Positions 31,547-41,787 of a stretch of DNA of 64,000 nucleotides are shown here, one piece after another. The notes beneath the pieces are model-generated. The model did no database searches, was not told where the DNA came from, and worked only from the letters and a program-made list of their open reading frames with translations. The stretch lies in the NCBI GenBank assembly GCA_049860595.1, contig CP187551.1; one strand, written 5' to 3'. Within the stretch, counting starts at the first letter, position 1. Every line of letters starts with the position of its first letter. The position numbers were made by a program, and so were the translations under genes. Source of the DNA: Methanocaldococcus sp. 16A (GTDB lineage: Archaea > AGJL01 > Methanococci > Methanococcales > Methanocaldococcaceae).

Positions 31547-32471
31547 ATCTTATTCTTGGGTCTATGATTGCATAGAGAATATCAACAATCAAGTTTGTTA
31601 GTGTAAAGATTACTGCACTTAATAGCACTAAAGCCTGAACTACTGGAAAATCCCTCTCTAAAACAGATTTTACAAATAAAGACCCTAAACCAGGCCAGGC
31701 AAATACAACCTCAACCATAACAGAACCTATAATTAAATGGCTTATTGACATGGAGAGATAGGTTAAAATTGGGATTAAGGCATTTCTCAATGCATGTTTT
31801 AAGACAACAGCTTTTTCAGAAAGTCCTTTAGCCCTTGCGGTTAAAATATAATCCTCATTTAAAATATCTAAAAGAACTGCCCTAATAAACCTTGATTTAA
31901 TTGCCATAAAGGATATGGACCAAGTGATAACTGGGAGTATGGCATGTTTAATTGTTCCATACCCATAAGATGGCAAAAGATGTAAATGGACTGCAAACAA
32001 CCATATAAACATTAAACCCAACCAAAAACTTGGAATACTTATACCAATAAGTGACCAAATCCTGCAGAGATGGTCTATTCCTTTATTTCTATATAATGCA
32101 GAAACGATACCAAACAAAAACGCAAATGCAACTGAAATTATAAACGTTGAAAAAAACAACTCTGCAGATGCCGGAAATTTCTCTAAAATCTCATTTAAAA
32201 CAGGCTCTCCACTACACCATGAAGTTCCAAAATCTCCTCTAACAACATGAGATAACCAATTTATATACTGAACAATTAATGGCTTATCTAAACCTGCCTC
32301 AACTCTAAATCTCTCAATCTCTTCTGGGCTTGGCTCTGTTCCTGTATTTATCGTTAATATAAACTCTGCCGGGTCACCAGGAAATACATAAAGTAAAGAA
32401 AATGATAAAAAAGATGCTCCTATAAGCGTTGGAATTATCTGTAAGATTCTTTTTAGAATGTATTTTTTCAT
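31536..32471 (-). CDS. Peptide/nickel ABC transporter permease (DppB/NikB)
   Basis: PGDPA, GDFGTS, PSFWLG, TARAKGL..HALRNA and DPRIR motifs. Confidence 0.93.
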   Translation of the reverse strand: MKKYILKRILQIIPTLIGASFLSFSLLYVFPGDPAEFILTINTGTEPSPEEIERFRVEAGLDKPLIVQYINWLSHVVRGDFGTSWCSGEPVLNEILEKFPASAELFFSTFIISVAFAFLFGIVSALYRNKGIDHLCRIWSLIGISIPSFWLGLMFIWLFAVHLHLLPSYGYGTIKHAILPVITWSISFMAIKSRFIRAVLLDILNEDYILTARAKGLSEKAVVLKHALRNALIPILTYLSMSISHLIIGSVMVEVVFAWPGLGSLFVKSVLERDFPVVQALVLLSAVIFTLTNLIVDILYAIIDPRIRYGD

Positions 32472-32527
32472 CTTACCACCAAAAAACTTTAAATTAAATT
32501 TAAAATTAAAAAATTAAAAGAGAAAAA

Positions 32528-34138
32528 TTATTTTTTAACTCCAACTTCAGCAAAGAATGGCTCTCCACTGATTGTGAAGAATTTGTCTGGGCTTGGAGCA
32601 TCTACCTTTGGACTCATTACTGCTGTCATAATATCATGGTAGAGTGGAACAACTCCCATCTCATCATACAACGCCTTGTAGAACTCAATTAAATCCTTCT
32701 TTCTAACTTCTGGATTAATATCTGCTGGATCTTCAAGGATTTTTTTGCATAAGCTACAGACCTTTTCACTTTCGTATGCATCCCATTTTCCTCCTGGGTA
32801 GAATCTCCAATACAATCTTAAGTAGAATCTTCTGTCAGTACCTCCAATGTAATATAACCTCATGTCATAATCTCCAGAATCTCTCTTCTGCTTGTAAGCT
32901 CCACTTTCTAAGATTTCAAGTTCTGGGTTAAATCCAGCTTTCTTAAGTTGTTCTTGAATGAGTTGGGCTACTAATATTTGGTCTCCTTGGCTCTTATCAA
33001 CTATGAATTTAACTTTCACGCCCTCTAAACCTTTCTTCTTTAATATTTCTCTAGCCTTCTCTGGGTTGTATTCATACTTAATGCCTGCTTCTTTCATTCC
33101 TGGAGCTTCTGGAACAAACATACCATTCCATGCAGGTCTAACTTGATTACCAAATATCTTAACAATTTCATCTCTGTTTATTGCTAAACTGACAGCTTTT
33201 CTAACCTCTGGGTCGTTAAATGGAGCTTTCTTGTAGTTGAAGGCAATAACCCATGTAATTGGCACATCATGCTTATAAACCTTGAAGCCATCTTTTTCTA
33301 ATAATGGGAGTTGGTTTCTTGGAGTGTATTCAGAACCTCCATGAACATAGTCAGAGATTGCATCAACTTCCCCACTTCTTAAAGCCATGACTCTTGTATC
33401 CTCATCTGGAATGATTTTAACAACAAATCTCTTGAATTTTGGTGTAATGTTATGTCTTTCATACCAGTATGGGTTTGGTTCATAGATTGCGTATTGGTCT
33501 TTTTTGTAATCTACAACCTTAAATGGTCCAGTTCCAATTGGCTTAACCAATGTTCCGTTAGGGTCTCCAACTGGATTAACTGATGTAGGTGCCATTATTC
33601 CAAGGTGATACTCTGCCATCTTAGCCAAGTTGAAGAATCCTGGTTTTTCAAAGTGTATAGCAACTGTATAGTTGTCTATAACATCACACCCCCTTGGAGC
33701 TAAGCTATGCTTTTTCACAATCAATCTATCCATTGTGAATTTTACAGCATAGGCATTGAATTCAAATCCATCAGAAAATTTAATTCCTTTTTTAAGGTGG
33801 AAGATTATTGTTTTACCTCCATCCTTAATTTCCCAGCTTTCTGCTAATGCTGGGACTATCTTATCATGTGCCATATCATATTCTACCAATCTCTCAAGGA
33901 CATGAGTTTTTGGGAAGAACCCTATTCCCCATTTACCTCCTGTAAGTCTATGGTCTTTTCCATAGCCTAAGATGAAGGTATCTTTGTATTCAACAGCCTT
34001 GGTCTCTGCAGGTTTGGTTTCAGTGGTTGTTGGTTTTGTTTCTTCAGTACTTACTTCAGTTTTTTGTGTACAGCCTGCTATAGCTACGCTTCCAAGTAGT
34101 AGGAGGGCTATAGTCAATATAGATATTACCTTTTTCAT
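32528..34138 (-). CDS. Family 5 ABC substrate-binding lipoprotein (peptide/nickel/metallophore)
   Basis: Signal peptide with IAGC lipobox, T/E/K linker, PALAESWE, FSDG, IGTGPF and VRKAVSLAINR motifs. Confidence 0.9.
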   Translation of the reverse strand: MKKVISILTIALLLLGSVAIAGCTQKTEVSTEETKPTTTETKPAETKAVEYKDTFILGYGKDHRLTGGKWGIGFFPKTHVLERLVEYDMAHDKIVPALAESWEIKDGGKTIIFHLKKGIKFSDGFEFNAYAVKFTMDRLIVKKHSLAPRGCDVIDNYTVAIHFEKPGFFNLAKMAEYHLGIMAPTSVNPVGDPNGTLVKPIGTGPFKVVDYKKDQYAIYEPNPYWYERHNITPKFKRFVVKIIPDEDTRVMALRSGEVDAISDYVHGGSEYTPRNQLPLLEKDGFKVYKHDVPITWVIAFNYKKAPFNDPEVRKAVSLAINRDEIVKIFGNQVRPAWNGMFVPEAPGMKEAGIKYEYNPEKAREILKKKGLEGVKVKFIVDKSQGDQILVAQLIQEQLKKAGFNPELEILESGAYKQKRDSGDYDMRLYYIGGTDRRFYLRLYWRFYPGGKWDAYESEKVCSLCKKILEDPADINPEVRKKDLIEFYKALYDEMGVVPLYHDIMTAVMSPKVDAPSPDKFFTISGEPFFAEVGVKK

Positions 34139-34368
34139 ATGCCCACCTCATACTTATGTGCTATTTTATATTATTTAATCATAGCATTTTTAAAAAACAT
34201 TACTTTAGGTATATAAAATTTTCTATTTTATATTATTAAATATGAATAATTAAAATTTTTATATTACACAAATTACAAAAATGAAAATAAAGAAAAACGA
34301 TTCAGAACAAAGAGTATTTATAATTACGATGCCAAACTGTTAAATAAATTACACAAAAGGTTGATATC

Positions 34369-35187
34369 ATGATTATAGCGGGAACTATGCCAATAAAAGG
34401 TTTAGAATTAATAGAAGGAAAACCAGAGTTAAAAGGAAATAAAATAATAATTAACAACAAAGAGTTTCCGATATCTATGGGGACTGGTGCTTTGATAGGA
34501 GCAGTTTTAAAAACGTTGGAATATTTTGACGATGATGATGTTAGAGTAATAACTGCTGGGGATATTGGAGAAGGAGATGGAAGTTTAAAGATTTATGATG
34601 CGTTAAAAGATGTTGATGATGATTTATTAGTTATTCATTACATAAAACCAAAAATATCAAAAATTAAGGAGATTGATTTCTCTCCAAAGATTATTGCAGA
34701 TGCTGGAGGAATGTATGTAGCAAAAGCGGCAAACATAGGGGATAAGTTTTATCTGTTTCTACCAGATGTTGGTGAATTGGCATTTTTGGCAGATGAGAAA
34801 GCTACACATCCTGCCTATGTTAGAGGCTTTATATCTGAGATTGACGATAAAGAAGTTCCTAAATTAATAGAAAGAGCTTACAAATTGAAAATGCCTAAGT
34901 ATATGGTTGTTAAAGGAGAAACTGATTATGTTGTCAATGAAGGAAAAATAATTGACACAATAAAAGAACCAAAAATAGAGGCAATGGAGTGTATAGGAGG
35001 TACAGGAGACACTTTAACAGGAATAATATCCTCCTTAATAAGTGTTGGATTTAAGACAGAAGATGCTATGAGCTTAGGATGTAAAATAAATAGAAAACTT
35101 GGAGAAGTTGTCAATGCTAAGCCAGATACACAGATTGTGGAAATAATTAACGCCATTCCTAAGGTTTTAGAAGAATATATAAAATAA
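34369..35187 (+). CDS. Ribokinase/YjeF-C-like kinase (uncharacterised)
   Basis: ADAGGMY, PDVGELAFLADE.A.HP and IGGTGDTLTG anion-hole motif. Confidence 0.75.
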   Translation: MIIAGTMPIKGLELIEGKPELKGNKIIINNKEFPISMGTGALIGAVLKTLEYFDDDDVRVITAGDIGEGDGSLKIYDALKDVDDDLLVIHYIKPKISKIKEIDFSPKIIADAGGMYVAKAANIGDKFYLFLPDVGELAFLADEKATHPAYVRGFISEIDDKEVPKLIERAYKLKMPKYMVVKGETDYVVNEGKIIDTIKEPKIEAMECIGGTGDTLTGIISSLISVGFKTEDAMSLGCKINRKLGEVVNAKPDTQIVEIINAIPKVLEEYIK

Positions 35188-35271
35188 AAATCTTTTTTAT
35201 TAAAAAAAGGTTATTAATAAAAGTAATAGCAAATTATATTTTTTTTAATATCATTAACAATCTATGAACCT

Positions 35272-35287
35272 TATTAGAAAAAATAAT
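35272..35287. promoter_or_regulatory. Candidate operator upstream of the Hmd paralogue
   Basis: TATTAGAAAAAATAAT matches 16732-16747 at 15/16. Confidence 0.4.
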
Positions 35288-35351
35288 AAAATATTTATAG
35301 CAAATTTCTAAACTTTATTATGCAAAACCTATAACGTTGAAGGTTGAGAAT

Positions 35352-36380
35352 ATGAAAGTGTCTGTTTATGGAGCTGGAAATCAAAATTTATATATAAACC
35401 AGTTAAATCTACCAGAAAAATTTGGTGGGGAACCTCCCTACGGTGGAGCAAGAATGGCTATAGAGTTTGCTAAAGCCGGGCATGATGTTATCTTAGCAGA
35501 ACCAAATAAAGATATAATGAGCGATGATTTATGGAAGAAAGTTGAAGATGCAGGAGTTAAAGTTGTTAGTGATGATATAGAAGCAGCAAAGCATGGAGAA
35601 GTGCATATCTTATTTACACCGTTCGGTAAAACAACATTTAACATAGCAAAAACTATTATTGAGTATATTCCCGAAAATGCTGTTATTTGTAATACTTGTA
35701 CAGTTTCACCTGTTGTTTTATACTATTCTTTAGAACCGATTTTAAGAACAAAAAGAAAAGATGTAGGAATTAGCTCAATGCATCCAGCAGCTGTTCCTGG
35801 GACTCCACAACATGGACATTATGTTATTGGTGGGAAAACAACCGATGGTAGAGAATTAGCAAGCGAAAGTCAAATAAACAAATTGGTAGAGCTTGCTAAA
35901 AGTGCTGGAAAAGAGGCCTATGTAGTTCCTGCTGATGTATCTTCAGTTGTTTCGGATATGGGTTCTTTGGTAACAGCAGTAGCGTTATCTGGAGTTTTAG
36001 ATTACTATACTGTGGGGAGTAAAATTATAAAAGCTCCTAAAAAGATGATTGAACAGCAAGTTATTATGACTTTACAAACAATGGCATCTCTTGTAGAAAC
36101 TTCAGGTATTGAAGGCTTGATAAAAGCGTTAAATCCAGAGTTGCTAATAAGAAGTGCTTCATCAATGAAGTTGTTAGATATGCAGAAAGATTTAGACGCT
36201 GCTTTAGAAATTCTTAAAAACTTAGATGAAACTTTGAAAAAAGATATTGAAAATGCAGAGATAAAACCTACAACGCTTGTAGCGGCTCAATCATTAGTTA
36301 ACGAGATAAAAACATTAATAGGAGGAGCTGCTGCTGAAGGAGCAATAAAAAGAAGTGCAAGAAAACTATTTGAGCGTTAA
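35352..36380 (+). CDS. H2-forming methylene-H4MPT dehydrogenase-related protein (HmdII/III paralogue)
   Basis: VYGAGNQ, PYGG, LFTPFG, CNTCT and SSMHPAAVPGTP motifs; resembles MJ1338. Confidence 0.88.
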   Translation: MKVSVYGAGNQNLYINQLNLPEKFGGEPPYGGARMAIEFAKAGHDVILAEPNKDIMSDDLWKKVEDAGVKVVSDDIEAAKHGEVHILFTPFGKTTFNIAKTIIEYIPENAVICNTCTVSPVVLYYSLEPILRTKRKDVGISSMHPAAVPGTPQHGHYVIGGKTTDGRELASESQINKLVELAKSAGKEAYVVPADVSSVVSDMGSLVTAVALSGVLDYYTVGSKIIKAPKKMIEQQVIMTLQTMASLVETSGIEGLIKALNPELLIRSASSMKLLDMQKDLDAALEILKNLDETLKKDIENAEIKPTTLVAAQSLVNEIKTLIGGAAAEGAIKRSARKLFER

Positions 36381-36412
36381 ATTGAATTATTATTTATTTT
36401 TAGGGGAGATTT

Positions 36413-36880
36413 ATGAAGAAAGTTGGGGAAATAAAAGTTGTAGTAGTTGGTTCAAGTGATGTTGGAAAAACCACATTAATGGAAAATTTAATTGGTAGAA
36501 TTGGAAAAGTTGAACATAATGGCATTACAACAGCCATTGATTATGGTTCATTAACAATAAATGCTAAAAAAATTCACTTCTTTGGAACTCCAGGTCAAAA
36601 AAGGTTTGAATTTATGAGAGAATTAGCATTAAAAGGAACAAATTTAGCTTTAGTAGTTTTAGATGCATCAAGAGGAATAACTAAAGAAGACGAAGAAATA
36701 ATAAAACTATTAGAATCTAAACAAATCCCATACGGAGTTTTTATAAACAAAACAGATATTGGGAAAATTAACATAAATGAAGTCTATAATTTATGTAACC
36801 CAAAATTTGTGGTTAAAGGTTGTGCAATAAAAAAAGAAGGATTTGATGAGCTTATCAACAATATTATATCACACATTTAG
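36413..36880 (+). CDS. Small GTPase (MglA/ATP_bind_1-like)
   Basis: G1 GSSDVGKT, G2 TTAIDYG, G3 GTPGQ.RF and G4 NKTD. Confidence 0.88.
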   Translation: MKKVGEIKVVVVGSSDVGKTTLMENLIGRIGKVEHNGITTAIDYGSLTINAKKIHFFGTPGQKRFEFMRELALKGTNLALVVLDASRGITKEDEEIIKLLESKQIPYGVFINKTDIGKININEVYNLCNPKFVVKGCAIKKEGFDELINNIISHI

Positions 36881-36954
36881 TGAAAAAATTTAAAAAATTT
36901 TATATAACAAAAGTACATAACTTATAGGGTTAAGGTATTTAATAAGGTGAAAAT

Positions 36955-37299
36955 ATGATTGATAGAGTATTAATAGAGCTAAATAAAACAGAAGGGATTA
37001 AAGGTTCAATGGTTGTAGGAAAAGATGGTTTGGTTATAGCTACTCAATTGCCAGGGAATGTTGATGCCGAGTTAGTAGGGGCTATGGCATCAGCAGCATT
37101 TGGGGCTGCTGAGAGAACAGCTGCAGAAATTGGTATGGGTAATTTAGAACAAACAATGATTGAAGGGGAGCATGGTAAAACTTTAATGGTCGATGCAGGA
37201 GAGGGAATCTTAGTTGTTTTAACAGATGCAAAAGTTAATTTAGGTCTAATTAGAATTACTATGAAAAGAGCTGCAGAGAAAATAAAAGCTATGTTCTAA
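36955..37299 (+). CDS. Roadblock/LC7 (MglB-like) protein
   Basis: [13 protein letters not shown]...LVGAMASA...NLGLIR pattern. Confidence 0.9.
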   Translation: MIDRVLIELNKTEGIKGSMVVGKDGLVIATQLPGNVDAELVGAMASAAFGAAERTAAEIGMGNLEQTMIEGEHGKTLMVDAGEGILVVLTDAKVNLGLIRITMKRAAEKIKAMF

Positions 37300-37309
37300 G
37301 TTTATAATG

Positions 37310-38248
37310 TTATAATATAGAATTTAATAATACAATGATTTCATTTATAACTTCTTTGTTTAGCTCTGAAACATCAATTTTCTTTGTTTCAAATACAATT
37401 CCATTTTTTAAAACCCTATCATAATTTGGGCATATTGTAGTTATTGATTTTTTGTTGTCTAATTTTATTAGGCTGTTAATTTTTTTAGACATATTTTTTG
37501 GATTTTCGCATTCAATAAATATAGATATTCCTTCATATTCTTTAAAATAAGCGTTTTCAATTTCATTTTTAATCACTTCATTTGCCATAATATATTTTTT
37601 GTAGGTTTTTTTAGCGTTCAATAGTTCTTCTTTTAAAAGACCAAAATAATTTATTGTTTTATATGTTTTGGATATTATTTTAATATCATTTAAAGCATTT
37701 CCTAATTTTTCTTCGATTTCTTTACTTATTCCTAAAAAACCACCGTATTCACAATTTAATATCTTTGGACTTCCAGTGGAACAAACAATAATATCACCAT
37801 ATCCGCAATCTCCACCAATTTTTCCTGAAATATCTTCAATAAACAAAATTTCTTTCTCTTCACATAATTTTTTTATTTCTTTTAATGGTTGTGGAGCTAA
37901 ATATCCTGCTAATGATGTTAAAATAACAGATGAATTTTCTTTTATGGCTTTATCCAAATTTTCTATATCGACAATCCCCAAATTTGTTTTTAGCGTTCTA
38001 GTCTTTAAATTCAATACTTTTGGAAATTTTAAAAACCCTTGCCAACCTCCCATATCAGGGATTAAAATCTCATCACTATAAGTTTTTGCTATCCACATTG
38101 ATAGAAATACTGCAGAACTTCCTGATGGGAGAAAAGTTATTTTGTAATCCCTATTTAATAGCTCATTTATAATCATCTCAACTTCTTCTTTATTCCCTTC
38201 TTTATTTATTAATCCATAGGTATTCGGTCTTCTATGCTTAAGAATCAT
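37310..38248 (-). CDS. PLP-dependent aminotransferase-like protein (DegT/DnrJ-like fold)
   Basis: PSGSSA, IEDISG and [11 protein letters not shown] motifs. ATG at 38248 after GGTGA. Confidence 0.7.
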   Translation of the reverse strand: MILKHRRPNTYGLINKEGNKEEVEMIINELLNRDYKITFLPSGSSAVFLSMWIAKTYSDEILIPDMGGWQGFLKFPKVLNLKTRTLKTNLGIVDIENLDKAIKENSSVILTSLAGYLAPQPLKEIKKLCEEKEILFIEDISGKIGGDCGYGDIIVCSTGSPKILNCEYGGFLGISKEIEEKLGNALNDIKIISKTYKTINYFGLLKEELLNAKKTYKKYIMANEVIKNEIENAYFKEYEGISIFIECENPKNMSKKINSLIKLDNKKSITTICPNYDRVLKNGIVFETKKIDVSELNKEVINEIIVLLNSIL

Positions 38249-38724
38249 TATATCACCACTATTTACTATCAACGAAATCAACAAGAAGTATTTACTAATG
38301 ATTAATAAAAGAAAAATAACCGCATTTATGGTAAAAGAATTAAATAAAGAAGTATGATACATATTTAAATGGAAGAAAAATTATACTAGGAAGGGATATT
38401 AAAGTTAAAAGAAAATATCTCACAAATAAATAATAAATTTAGGTTGTTGCAGAATTAATATGGGCTATTGAGAATACTTGTATTTATACTAATCGCTGAT
38501 ATGCTTGGAAATCTTAATCTATTTATCTGAAGAAAAAATAACTGAAGATAAATTAAAAAAATATAAAAAAGTTTTAGACTAATCTTTTTTACTAAATTTT
38601 TTAAGTTACTAAAAAAGAAAAAAAGTAAAGAAAAAGAGTTTAGTATAATTTTTACCCCTCCCCCGTAAATTATGATTAAATTAATCGTTATAAACTTAAT
38701 TATTAAAGAAAGGGATAATATAAT

Positions 38725-39975
38725 TTAGAGGACAGTTTCTTCTGGGTAAGCAGGCATCTTGTGCTCTGCCAAGTCCAATCCTATTTTCTCTTCTTCTTCA
38801 CTAACTCTCAATCCTCCAAGAACTATTCCTACAATCTTAGCAAGTATAAATCCTAAACCAGTTCCGTAAATGATACAGAATATTGATGCAATAATTTGTT
38901 CAACTAAATTGACATCTCCAGTACCTCCTAAAGCAGTCATTCCAAAGATTCCTGCTAATATAGCTCCAACAACTCCTGCAGTTCCATGAACTGGAACGAC
39001 ACCACAGACATCATCTATACCATACTTTTCAAGTAATCTGTAGACAATTGGAACTTGTAATCCTGCAATTAAACCTATCAATAATCCACCAATTGGACTT
39101 ACAATATCTGTTCCTGAACAGATAGCTACTAAACCAGCAACAATTCCGTTAGCTGTAAAGAGGACATCTTTCTTTGAAGCAATTAAAGCTCCAATTCCTC
39201 CTCCAGCCATTGCCAAGGTTGTTGTTGCACATACGAGTCCTGAGATATCTCCTAATGCTAATGAACTACCTACGTTGAATCCATACCAACCAATAGCCAA
39301 TGCCAATGCTCCAAAGACAGCCATTGGTATGTTATGCCCTAATATTGGCACTGGTTTTCCATTAACGAATCTTCCTACTCTTGGACCTAATGCCATTATA
39401 GCTCCTAAAGCTAAGAATCCTCCCAAACCGTGTACTACCAAACTTCCAGCATAGTCATGCCATGGGACAATTCCAGCTCCCCAAGGTCCTAAATATACAA
39501 AGAACGGATACAAGAACGCTGTAATAATCAAAGATATTAATACATAAGCACTAAATTTAATTCTCTCTGCAACTCCTCCAGATACAATTGTTGCCGCTGT
39601 TGCACAGAATACCAAACCAAAGAACCAGTTTGCCAACTCTAAACCATTATCTACTAAGAAAGGTGATGCTGAGAATATTTTACTCCACCAGTCAATGAAA
39701 TCAGCTGGATTTATTGAGGCATATAAAACTCCACCAATTAATAACCATGAAACACAACCAATAAACCAATCAACCATGTTTTTCATCATAACATTATTAA
39801 CATTTTTCTTTCTAACCTGCCCTCCTTCAAGCATTGCAAAGCCCCACTGCATCATGAAGACAAGAACACCCATAACAACAAGGAAGAAAACATCTGAAGC
39901 ATTAGCCATTACAGTCAAGGCCTGAACTATTGAATTTATATCAGTTGCATTTGCTAATAAATCTGCTGTAGCCAT
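38725..39975 (-). CDS. amt: Ammonium transporter
   Basis: GFAMLEGG, SGGVAER, DYAGSLVVH, GWYGFN and DDVCGVVPVHG motifs. Confidence 0.96.
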   Translation of the reverse strand: MATADLLANATDINSIVQALTVMANASDVFFLVVMGVLVFMMQWGFAMLEGGQVRKKNVNNVMMKNMVDWFIGCVSWLLIGGVLYASINPADFIDWWSKIFSASPFLVDNGLELANWFFGLVFCATAATIVSGGVAERIKFSAYVLISLIITAFLYPFFVYLGPWGAGIVPWHDYAGSLVVHGLGGFLALGAIMALGPRVGRFVNGKPVPILGHNIPMAVFGALALAIGWYGFNVGSSLALGDISGLVCATTTLAMAGGGIGALIASKKDVLFTANGIVAGLVAICSGTDIVSPIGGLLIGLIAGLQVPIVYRLLEKYGIDDVCGVVPVHGTAGVVGAILAGIFGMTALGGTGDVNLVEQIIASIFCIIYGTGLGFILAKIVGIVLGGLRVSEEEEKIGLDLAEHKMPAYPEETVL

Positions 39976-40006
39976 TGCCTTCACCTCTATGTTTTATTTT
40001 TTAATC

Positions 40007-40357
<351 letters not shown>

Positions 40358-40376
40358 CTATATCATACTTGGAAAC

Positions 40377-40413
40377 GGAAATCTTATTCTTAGGGAAAAG
40401 GAAATTACATTCC
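40377..40413. promoter_or_regulatory. NrpR operators upstream of glnK-amt
   Basis: GGAA-ATTACA-TTCC at 40400-40413 is a perfect GGAA-N6-TTCC; GGAA-ATCTTA-TTCT at 40377-40390 has one mismatch. Confidence 0.85.
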
Positions 40414-40758
40414 TATCTACTCTAAAAAATGGTATAAAAACTTTTCGGTAATTTGTAAAAATAAATATAAAAATTTATAATAACTAAATTATATAAATTT
40501 ATCAATAATAAGGAAGATAAAAGAAGCTGTTGAATGTTACAATAATACTTAAAATTCATAAATAAATTCTATTTTTTAATTTTTAATTTTTTACAAAATC
40601 AAATATAAAAATAAAAATAAATGTTTTAAGATATGGAAAAGTATATATTTCTGCACCTTATTTTAATAATATTATAAATTATAGTTATTATTATTGACGA
40701 AATTCGTAGATTATATTGTTAACTTATCTTATTATTAAAATCGGGGGAGGGGAGAGCT

Positions 40759-41685
40759 ATGGAAATGCACAATGAAAGCATTTTATGGGATGAATATTTT
40801 GATGCACTTGAAAAAAAGAACTACGAAAAAGCTCTTTATCTAATAGACAAAATCTTAGAAATTAGAAAAGCTCCAGACATCTACGTAAGAAAAGGAAAAA
40901 TATTAAGAACAATAGGAAAAAATGACGAAGCATTAGAATACTTCAATAAAGCATTAAAAATAAAACCAAAATACATCTTGGCAAATTTCTTAAAAGGGGC
41001 TTTATTAGTAAGTTTAGGTAGATTAGAAGAAGCAAAAGAAGTGTTTTTAAAATTATATAAATTAAAAAAATCTGACTTATCTGTCAAATATGCTATTGCT
41101 TTTATACTAAAAAAACTTGGAGAATATGATTCAGCATTAAAAATTCTTGAAGATATATTAGAAAAATATCCAAACTCAGCCATTGCCTGGGCAGAGAAAG
41201 GAGAGATATTATATAGAGAAGGAAAGCTTAAAAAATCTTTAGAATGCTTTGATAAAGCTCTAAAAATAAATCCTAATGATTGTCAATCTTTACAATACAA
41301 AGGAGAAATATTATTTAAACTTGGAAGGTATGGAGAGGCGTTAAAATGCTTTAAAAAGGTTTTTGAGAGAAGTGGTAAAGATATACGCGCATTAATGTAC
41401 ATAATACAGATTTTAATTTACCTTGGGAGATTAAGTCAAGCTCTCGAATATACAAAAAAAGCTCTAAAATTAAACCCAGAAGACCCACTACTATATTTAT
41501 ATAAAGGAATTATCTTAAACAAATTAGGAAAATATGAAGAAGCTATAAAGTGTTTTGATAAAGTATTAGAGATTAATCCAAATTTCCCAGAAGCTTGGAA
41601 TGGTAAAGCTGTAGCTCTTGAAAAACTTGGAAGAATCAATGAAGCTATAGAATGCTACAATAGAGCACTTGAAATCTATGAATAG
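40759..41685 (+). CDS. Tetratricopeptide repeat protein
   Basis: Repeated 34-aa units (KG..L..LG.YEEA..CFDK.L.INP). Confidence 0.92.
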   Translation: MEMHNESILWDEYFDALEKKNYEKALYLIDKILEIRKAPDIYVRKGKILRTIGKNDEALEYFNKALKIKPKYILANFLKGALLVSLGRLEEAKEVFLKLYKLKKSDLSVKYAIAFILKKLGEYDSALKILEDILEKYPNSAIAWAEKGEILYREGKLKKSLECFDKALKINPNDCQSLQYKGEILFKLGRYGEALKCFKKVFERSGKDIRALMYIIQILIYLGRLSQALEYTKKALKLNPEDPLLYLYKGIILNKLGKYEEAIKCFDKVLEINPNFPEAWNGKAVALEKLGRINEAIECYNRALEIYE

Positions 41686-41750
41686 ATTTTTATATTTTTA
41701 TATGTTATTTAATACTGAATTATACCGTAAATTATATATATATGGAAGTA

Positions 41751-41764
41751 GGAAACTTACTTCC
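41751..41764. promoter_or_regulatory. NrpR operator upstream of glnA
   Basis: GGAA-ACTTAC-TTCC just downstream of a TATA-rich box. Confidence 0.88.
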
Positions 41765-41787
41765 AGAATTTGCATTGGGGGATAGAA

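Noticed and set aside
38325-38582. Coding-like fragments on the plus strand ([16 protein letters not shown]; LSEEKITEDKLKKYKKVLD)
   Set aside because: Possibly a decayed gene, but it has multiple stops and no recognisable family, so it cannot be supported without a search.
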